DNA of 64,000 nucleotides from an uncultured Nitrospinota bacterium (GTDB lineage Bacteria; Tectomicrobia; Entotheonellia; J063; CAVPRW01): NCBI GenBank assembly GCA_963707985.1, contig CAVPRW010000031.1, positions 417,081 to 481,080 of the forward strand, read 5' to 3'. Shown piece by piece: positions 54,539 to 64,000 of this stretch (position 1 is its first letter; each line of letters starts with the position of its first letter). The notes under the pieces were generated by a model. It saw only the letters and a program-made list of their open reading frames with translations, ran no database searches and was not told where the DNA came from. The position numbers and the translations under genes were made by a program.

Positions 54539-57500
54539 ATGGTTGCGATAGTCGCGGGCAACGGACTGGGTCTACTCAATACGTCGCTGAACATTCTTGG
54601 CGGGGCGGGGGTACTCGGCCAAAGCGTGCTTGGGCAAGGAAGCAGCCGCGCGATCGTCAACGCGGTGAGCGGCAATCTGGTGCTGCAGATGCAGGACGAG
54701 CAGCTCGCAGGTCGCGGACTGGACCTCTACGCGCTGCGCACCTACAACTCGCTCGGCACGCTGAACGACGGCGATGGAGATGGCTGGCGCTGGGGCTACG
54801 AGCAGACGGTGAGGTTCCAGGGACCGGGCACGCCTGCGCAGCCGCAAGCGGGTGCCACGGTGATCCGCACCGACGGTGACGGCCATGAGACGACGTACAC
54901 CTGGAATGCCGCACGGGCGGCGTATATCGGCACCGAAGGGAGCGGTGCGCACGACGAGCTGAGATACGACAGCGTGCCGGGCGAGTGGGTGTGGACCGAT
55001 GGGTCCACACGCGTGATGGAGCGGTACTCGAACTCCACCTCCTCGAGCATGACGGGCCGGCTGATCCGTCGCACCGATACGAGCAACAACAGCATCGTCT
55101 TGATGTATGACGGCGCGCGGCTGACGCTGATCCAGGATACTGCCAGCCAGCAGGAGCTGCGGCTGAAGTACGGGCTGTTCAACGGGGTGACCCGGCTGCA
55201 ACGCCTCGAGACGCGCGCGCTCATCGAGGATGCGAGCGGGCGTGCGACCGCGACGCTCGGCAGCGCGCTGCGGCAGGTGGAGTACAACTACGATAGCTTG
55301 GGGCGGCTGACCACCATCACGACGGATCTGACGCCGGCCGACGGCAGCATTGCCGACGGTGTCGTCTTCGTCACGAACTATACCTACGACGATACCACCG
55401 CGCGCATCGCCAGCGTGACGCAGAGCGACGGCACGAGCGTGTTCTTCACCTATGACGCTGCCGGAAGGGTCAGCACGGTCAAAGACCATAGCGGCGCGAC
55501 CAGCGCGCAACTGGTGTTCACCTACAGCACCGCGACGAACAGCACCGCAATCACCGACGGTAACGGGCAGGTGTGGACGTACCGGTATGACGCGACGACC
55601 CAGCAGTTGACGGAGATCCTCACGCCCACGGTGGGCGGGGCGGCGCTGTCGACCAAGTTCACGTACGACGCAAGCGGCAATCTGGTCAGCATCACCGATG
55701 CGCGCAACAACACGGTGACCTACGGCTATGACAGTAACGGCAACCGCACGCTCGAGCGCGATGCGCTCGGCAACACGGTGACGCGCACCTTCAGCACGCT
55801 CAACCAGATGCTGACAGAGACGCGCTACCGCACCGCCGATCCGGATGGTGCCGGGGCGCAGAGCGCGAGCGATCCGCTCACCACGCGCTATGTGTATGAC
55901 GCGAACTCGCGCTTGCGCTTCGTCGTGAGCGCCGAAGGGCGCGTGACCGAGAACCGCTACGGGACCGCGAGTGTCGGCTACGGCTTGTTGACGCATACGC
56001 TGCAGTACATCGGCCAAGTCTACGACCTCACGGGGCTGAGCCCGGCCGCGCAACTGACGGAGGCGCAGCTCACCGCCTGGGTCGCGGGGCTGCAGGACAA
56101 GACGCAAGTGCAGCTCACCGAGTACAGCTATGACTTGCGCGGCAACATGAGCCAGCAGACGAGCTACGCCGCGGTGAGCGCGACCGGCACCGGCGTCTTG
56201 GATGGACAGGCGAGTGTGACGGAGTACATCTACGATGCGCACAGCCAGTTGCGCCGGCGGATCGTCGTGCGCGGCAGCGCCCGCGATCAGCGCACCGTCA
56301 TGACGAGCTTCGCGTACGACGGGATGGGCCGGGTGTTGACGAGCACGGATGCCAATGGCACTCAGACCACCGTCTATGACGATGCCAACCGCCGCATTAC
56401 TGTGACCGCGGCGAGCGGTCTGACCGAGACGCGCAGTTACGATAGCCGCGGTCGACTGGTGAGCGTACGTCAGACGGGCGATGCCACGACGCGCCAGACG
56501 CGATACGTCTACAACAACGCCGACCAGCTGCGGATGGTGGAAGACGCGCAGGGCGGCCGGCGCTACCGCTTCTATGACGCCGCGGGGCGTCTGGAGTACG
56601 CGGTCGACGCGACCGGGGCGGTGACGCGCTTTGAGTACAACGCGACCGGGCAGCTCGTCCGGCAAACGCAGTATCTGAACCGCGCCGACACCAGTAGCTG
56701 GTACGACAGCGCCACGCAAACGGTCACGAAGCTGAGTCTCACCGTCGGCGGCGCAAGCAGCGACGTGCCGACCGATGCGACGCATGATCGGGTAACGACG
56801 TTCGATTACGACGCGGCCGGTCGGCTCACGACGTCAACCGATGCTGCCAACACCGTCACGACCACCCGCTACGATGGGGTGTCGCGCGTGATCATGACGC
56901 AGACGGGCGATCGCGTAACCCGCTACCTGTATGACAAGGACAACCGCAAGGTCGGCATCGTGGACGCGCTCGGCTACCTCACCGAGTACAAGTACGATGC
57001 GGGCGGACGGCTGATCGAGACGGTGCGCTACAGCCAGCGCAGCCCCGCGGCAGCGAACATGGCCGCGCCCGTGTGGATCGGCGTCACCAATCAGAACGCG
57101 ATCGCCGGTCAGCCGTTCGAATATCGCGTGCCGGCATACGATGCGGATGGCGACCATCTCACCTTCAGTGTGGTGGGCACGCCGCCCAGCTGGTTGAGCT
57201 TCGATGCTGGCACTGCGACACTGCGTGGCACGCCGCCGGCCACGGTGACGAGTTACAACGTCACGCTGCGTGCCGATGATGGTCGCGGCAAAACCTCGGA
57301 TGTGACGGTGCTCATCGCAGTGACCAACTCCGCGCCCAGTGGCGGGCAGGGCGGCGCTGGGCCCACCTGGGTGTCGCTGTCACCTCTGGATGTTGTGACG
57401 AATACACCGGTGAGCTACGTCGTCCCGGCGGCCACCGGCCAATCGCTCACTTATAGCGTGGTGAGCGGCTTGCCGCCGGGATTGTCCTTCAATGCGACCA

Positions 57501-60500
57501 CGCGCACGATCACAGGAAGCTCCAGCGCGGTCGGGTTCTACACCATCGTGTTGCGGGCCACGAATGCGAGCGGGCAATCAGTGGACAGGACGGTGTCGGT
57601 GCAGATTCGCACGGCGGCGACCACGCCCGATCAGCCGGCGGGCAGCGATCAGCTGTCGTCCTGGCGGCCGGCCGACACGAGCGCGCTGCACAGTTACGTC
57701 TATTACGACGGACAAGGGCGCGTCGTGGGCGCAGTGGATGAGCAGCAGTTCCTTACCGAAACGGTTTACGACGACGCGCTCAACACGCAGAGAACACTGC
57801 GCTATCTGACGCCGGTCACTGTCGCCCCGAGCGACACCATGGCTTCACTGAAGAGCCGCGCGGGCGCCTCCCGCCAGACATCGCTCGTGCAATACGACGG
57901 CTTCGGCCGAGTGCGCGAGGTCACCGGGCTGGACGGCTCGACGGTGACACGCAACGAGTACGACGAGGCCGGCCGGCTCACGCGCGTAGTGAGTGCCGCG
58001 AATACGACCGAGCAGCGCGCTCGGCGCACTTTCTACAACGCCTTCGGCGAAGTGACGGCGACGTTGGGCGGCGAGGGCGATGCGTGGTTGGGGACGAATC
58101 CCACTCCGCAGCGGATCAGCGAGGCGATTCGCGACTACGGTATGCGTCATGAGTACGACACGCTCGGCCGGGCGATCCGCAGCGTGGATGCCAACGGCAA
58201 CAAGACGCTGTTGTATTACGACCGCGAGAACCGGCTGACCCATACGATCAACGTCATCGGACAAAGCGCGAACAACACGCTGGCCGGCGAGGTGAGCGAG
58301 ACGAAGTACAACAGCTTCGGGCAGATAGAGTCAGTCCGGCGGTATGCAGCGCGGCTCGCTGATGCGGACATGGATCAGTTGTTGGCGGGCGGCGGGGGCG
58401 GCTTCGCCGACCAGTCGCTGCTGAGCAAGCTGGCGGCGCTGGCCAACACGAGCCTCGACCACGTCAGCTCCTACGAATACGACCGCTGCGGCCGGCTGGT
58501 GAAGGAGGTCGACGGCGAGAACGGTGTCACTGTCAATATCTATAACGCGCACGGTGAGCTGGCGGCGCAGGTGCGCTCGCTTCAGGAGGGTCGGAGCACG
58601 ACGAAGCAGTTCGACTACGATTTGAACGGGCGAGTGGTGTCGCAGACTGACGATGCGGGTGGGATCAACGCGAATACCCGGACGGCGTACGACGCTTTCG
58701 GTCGCGTCATTCAATCGATCGATGGAGCGGGTAACGTCACCACGACGGCTTACCAGGACAGTGGCCGTACCATCGTAGTGACCGATCCGCTCAACCGCAC
58801 CACGCGCACCGAATACGACGCGCTTGGCCGCGTGCTCCGCGTGACCAATGCGCTCAATCAACAGACCGTGTATGCGTACAACGAGGCGGCGCGTAGCGTC
58901 ACCGTCACGACGCCCGAAAAGGTACAAGTGACCACGGCGCGCACGCGCCACGATGAGACGCTGAGCGTCACGGATGGGCGCGGCAACGTTACGCAATATG
59001 CGTACAACAAGGACGGTCAGCTGACGACGGTGACAGACGCATTGGGCCAAGTGATCGCCAATACGACTTACGACCGAAGCGGCCGGAAGCTCGAAGTCAC
59101 TGACGCGCGCGGCACGGTGACGCGGTTCGGCTACGACCAACGCAATCGGGTGGTTGAACGGCGAGTGGATCCCACCGGATTGAACCTCACGACGCTGTTC
59201 GAGTTCGATGCACTCGGCCAGCAAATCAAGGTGACGGAGGGGGCAAACACCCTGGCCGCGAGGGTCACGACGTATGCTTACGACCGCAAGGGTCGCATGA
59301 AGACGGCAATCGTGGATACGGCTCCCGGCGGGCTGCAGCTGTCCACGAACTATAGCTACGACCGACCTCGACAACACCGTGAGGGTTGCGCGCGGCACGA
59401 TCTCGCGCCCGGATCAGCACGTGATGCTGTACGAGTTCGATAGCCTGGGACGGCGCGTGAAGGAGATTGCTGCGCCCAGCTCGGTGTTCGGCGCTGGCGC
59501 GCCGGGCACTCGCGACCTCACCACGCAGTATCGGTACGATGCGGGCGGCCATGTGAGCCGGCGCATCGATGCCAACCGCCAGAGTACTTGGTATGTGTAC
59601 GACGCGGCCGGTCAATTGACACATACGATCAGTGCGCGAGGTGAAGTCAGCGAGAGCAAATATGACGCGGTTGGTCGGCTGGTTTACAGCCGTCGTTACC
59701 TCAATCGTCTGAGCGCGAGCACGGTGGCCGCCTTCGGCGACGTCGTCGGTATTTTCGTTCCGCCGACAGCCACTGCGAACGATCAGCTCAACTACGTCGT
59801 GTACGACAACGACGGCCGCGCGCGCTTTGCGCTGAAGGCGACCGGTAGCAGCGGCTGGGCGATCAGCGAAAATCGATATGACGCCAACGGCAACGTCATT
59901 GAAGTTCGCCGCTACGATAAGTTCTTGCCGAATGCGCGGGTCGCCGCAATCGATTCGGTCAGTTCGCCCGGCATCACCTTGCCGGAGATCCAGAACGAGC
60001 TCAGTACCACGCTGGGTTACAGCGACAACACTCCAAGCACCTTGGCGAGCGTGCAGCGAACACGCTCCGCGTACGATGCCAATAACCGTCTGCGCTTTAC
60101 GGTCGATCCATCAGGGTCGATCATAGAGAGCGTTTACGACGCGGCCGGGAATGTGGTGAGCACGATACGCTTTGCGGCGCCGTCCGACGCTCACGGAATA
60201 CACCGAAAGTGCGATCAACGCGGCGGTCAACCGCAACGACCCCAATAATCAGGTCACGCGTTACGCCTACGATGCGGAGAATCGACTGCGCTACACGGTC
60301 GATGCGCTTGGCTCGGTCAAGGAGAATGAGTACGACGCGCGGGGCAACGTCGTCAAAACCGTGCGGTGGGCCACACGTCCCACGCTGACGCAGTACACCG
60401 AAAGCGCGATCGCTGCGGCGCTCGCGGCCGTGCAGGGTACAGGAAACGATCAGGCCACGCGCTTCGTTTACGACACCGGCAATCGCCTGCGCTTCACCAT

Positions 60501-63500
60501 CGATGCGCTCGGCTCGGTCAGCGAGAACGTGTACGACGCGCTCGGAAACGTCATCGTCACCACGCGCTTCGCCAGGCGCCCAACTGCGGGATTCACGTCG
60601 TTTACCGAGAGCGAGGTCAATGCGGCGGTCAACTCGCTGCGCAGCGACGGCGACCAACCAGGTCACCCGTTTCGCCTACGATGCGGATAACCGTCTGCGC
60701 TTTACGGTCGATGCGCTCGGCTCGGTCAGTGAAAGCGTGTACGACGCCATGGGCAACGTGGTGGTGACGACACGCTTTGCCGCGCGTCCAACGCTCGTGC
60801 AGTACACCGAAAGCGCGATTGATGTGGCGGTCATCCGCTTCGCGCGAATGACCAAGTTCAGCACTTTGCGTATGACGCGCAGGACCAGCTGCGCTTCACC
60901 GTACAAGTGATTGAGCCGAACGTCGGATCGGGCGGTAAGCACCGGGTTAACGAGCAGCGCTTTGACGCCCTCGGCCAGCTGGTGGAGAGCCGTGCATACG
61001 CCATGGCGTTAGGCCACCTGACCGCTTACGACGAGCCGACTATTGCCGCTGCCATCGTTCCGGATCCGGTAAACGATCGTCGCTCGGCGATTGCTTACGA
61101 CGCGGGGGGGCGACAAGCCTACACCGTGCGCGAATTGTATGTCGGACGTGAAGGCGGGGTGGGGTGTGTGGTGACGAAGCATGTCTACGACGCACTGCGC
61201 CAACTCGTCCAGCGCATCGACTATGCCTCGCCCGTGGAACTGACGCAGTTCGACAAAGCAATCATAGATGTCGCGGTGGTCCCCGATTTTTCAACCGATC
61301 GGACGACAACGTACGTCCACGACGCCGCTGGGCGCTTGCGCTTCGAGATACACCCCGACCTGTCGTTCGACGAAAGCGTGTACGACGCCTTGAATCAGCT
61401 AACCCAGACACGACAGTTCGATTTCAAGCTGTCGAGCAACGTGCCGCGTACTGAAGCGGAGATGATCGCGCTCCGAGGTAACCGCGTCGTGGGTGACGGC
61501 GTCACCCGCGGACAGGTGCACGCGTACGATGCCGCCGGGAGGCTTACGAGCACAGTCGATGCCTTGAACAATATCGAGCGGTATGAGTACAACGCGCTCG
61601 GCGATCGCACCAGATGGATCGACAAGAACGGCGCCGCCTCGACTTACGACTACGACCGCAAGGGGCAGAAGACCAAGGAGACCTCGCCGTCGATGCAGTT
61701 CAAGCTCAGGGGCGAGGCGCTGGGCACACCGGTGCTGGATCGCGTGCTCGAGAAAATCGCTTCGCCTACGATGCCTTCGGCAATTTGATTCGCAAGATCG
61801 AGGCAGCGAACTTCCCGAGCGACGCGCGGACCAACAGACTTCCTCTACGACACTGTGGGGCGGCTTACGAGCACCCTCTATCACGGCTACTACGATGCCG
61901 CCACCGGCAGAGTAGAAAGAGATCCCGGCGTCAACCGCTTCAGACAGGAAGCCCTCACTAGTTACGATACGCTGGGCAACGCGGTGCGTACCAGTATCCG
62001 CACGGGCGTGAACGCCTTCCAGCACACGTATCGGACCTACGACCGCCAGGGTCAGGTGGTGCACGAAGTCAATGCGCTCAACAACGTGACGCAGCACGCA
62101 CACGTCGTTCGACGAACCGGGGACGGTGACACGTTACAGCGTGACGATTTCGGGCACGCCCGCGAACGGGATGCACTGGACTGCGGCCGAAGTCGATCCG
62201 CAGCTCAATTGGGGTCACGACGAGAACGGGAACCTGCTGCCAGATGTTTATGCGCGCACGATCACCATGGCGTATGACAAGTTCGGCCGCAAAGTATCTC
62301 GGCGACGCAGCCGACCGCGACGTTTTACTCGACGCACACACCGAGCGATGCCAGCCAAGCCAATTACTACAGACCTAATGCTCCCGGCGACGTGGCCGGC
62401 GTGCAGGACGCCGCTGTCACGATATACCAATACAACGCGTTCGGTGATCTGGTCCTGCAGCGGGTCCGCATCAACAACATCGTCGAGTGGCAGGACACGT
62501 CGTTCACGTACGACGCTGTGGGCCGGAGGACACGCAGTGTTGATGCAGCCGGCTATGTCACCAATATGGTTTACGACGCCGTCGGCAACTTGGTGCGCAC
62601 GGAGGAGCTCACTGGATATTTCGATGGTACCGCCCGCATCACCGGATTTGCCTACAACGCGCTTAACCAGCAGACCCGCGTCGATCGCTACGGGTTGAGG
62701 TACACCGACGCTAACGGCGTCGATCACGGTGTGTGGTACTGGACGTGGGAGAACGGTGGCGGCGTGGAAGATCCGGACGCCGATGTCGCTACGACCGTCA
62801 AGACAACCTCCTATGACGGCTATGGCAAGGTACTGAGCGTCACGGACGGAGCGGGCAATGTCACGTCGCTGCGCTACAACGCGCTGGGCCAACTCCTTCA
62901 AGTGACCGAGCCCACGCGTTTGGTGGCGCCCATTACAGCGAACGGAGGTGGCAGCGTTGACGCGTTCCGCAATCAGGTGACTGAAACCCCTGTCAAGTCC
63001 ATTACTCTAGATGCGTTCGCGCGGGCCGTTCGGCTGGTGCGCGCCACGTCGCAGTCGCAGGACGCACGCGAAACGCTGCAAACCTATGACGTCGGGGGCA
63101 ATCTCATCAGCACCACGGATGCGGAGGGCAACATCAAGTTGCGCTACTACGATCACGCCGGCCGCGTGATCAAGGAGACGCAGGCGATCAATGCCGACCT
63201 CGGTCCATTGGGAATCAACCAGCAAGGGTTGGAGCGGCGCTACGCCCTGGGCCAGCTCACCGATACGCTCGACGTGTATCTCGATGGCACCGAGCTCATG
63301 CAAAGCGGTCGGGCTGTCGTCTATAACACTTTCGGCGAGGTTGTCTATGAGCGACGCAAATGGGGCTTGGCGAGCCAGAGCCTCGCGGCACTAAATAGCC
63401 GCCCGGTGGCACGGTATGACTACGACAACGCGGGTCACGTGTTCAACAAGGTGGCCGCGGATGGCCTGACCGTGTACTACTACAACCTTCAGGGTCAGGT

Positions 63501-64000
63501 CACTCGCGAAGACAAGCGCGGGAACTCACTGGCAAATCAACCGGCCGGTAGCGGCCCACGCATCACCGAAACCCAATACGACGTGCTCGGTCGCGCGATC
63601 ATGATCCGCAGGCCTGCGTTTTACGCCGACATCACCGCCGGAACGGGTACGACCGTCAGACTGGTGACACCGTATTCGACTCGCACGCTCGACCGCTGGG
63701 GCAACCTCATCAATTACCAGGAGGGCGGGTACGAATTCGTCAACGAGCAGCCGGTGTACGCGAACCGGCTCTTTCGCAGTTACTCATACGACGACAACAA
63801 CCAGCTCATCACGGAAAGCCTCGGAACCCACGGGTACGTGTCCTCGAGCGGCGTATCGACGAGTGCCCAGATCTACAAGCTCTTGTTCCGCGATCTGCTG
63901 GGCAATGTGGTGAAAGAAGTCGACGAAGCTCGCGAGCCGCAGACAGAAGCACTCATCAGCTCTCGCACCCGCCGCAAGCAGTACAACAGCGTCGGTCAGC
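54539..64000 (+). CDS. Giant YD/RHS-repeat protein with two putative Ig-like domains (>3000 aa, runs off the right edge; many frameshifts after about 59365)
   Basis: N-terminus MVAIVAGNGLGL...GNLVLQ...RTYNS; dozens of YDxxGR repeats in successive ORFs; Ig-like DADGDHLTF...PSWLSFD and GLPPGLSFN...ITG. Confidence 0.9.
60069..60900 (+). repeat. Intragenic tandem repeat, about four ~200-bp units, in the RHS gene
   Basis: Units begin near 60069, 60265, 60466 and 60674 (partial fifth at 60868): YDAxNRLRFTVDALGSVSExVYDAxGNV..T.RFA.RP...YTES.I.AAV. Confidence 0.85.

Noticed and set aside
54572..59398. Long antisense ORFs (737 aa, 355 aa) and similar shadow ORFs across the window
   Set aside because: Opposite-strand shadows of GC-rich real genes with no recognisable motifs.
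60069..60900. CRISPR array
   Set aside because: The units are ~200-bp degenerate coding repeats, not identical short repeats with unique spacers; no cas genes.

Overview
GC-rich bacterial chromosomal window. The gene mix (LLM oxidoreductase, wHTH-AAA-TPR regulator, amidase, CMD, DUF4058) resembles Candidatus Tectomicrobia or a Deltaproteobacteria-like lineage, but that is inference only. Layout: (1) 1-9.4 kb, a partly decayed envelope cluster (HAD hydrolase, OprB-type porin, OmpA-like and other lipoproteins) plus a wHTH-STAND-type regulator; (2) tRNA-Gly(CCC); (3) an intact housekeeping block (TatD, Usp, sdhCAB, fumC, HIT, DegP/Q, ligA), containing an ArsC/Spx-family gene with an in-frame TGA in a UxxC motif and a SECIS-like hairpin, a probable selenoprotein mis-started in the ORF track; (4) a CarH/LitR-type B12-binding MerR regulator with two mirror-image 11-bp-periodic operators over divergent sigma70 promoters; (5) assorted metabolic genes; (6) an IS630 inside a DUF4058 gene; (7) a candidate sigma54-driven locus with a broken SpvB/TcB-like gene followed by a giant (>3000 aa, runs off the window) YD/RHS protein with inserted Ig-like domains. 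There are two copies of a ~160-bp TIR-bounded palindromic miniature element and many short relics of unrelated genes between genes. Many single-base frameshifts may be long-read errors rather than real lesions. All family assignments come from motif recognition by eye; no database was searched.
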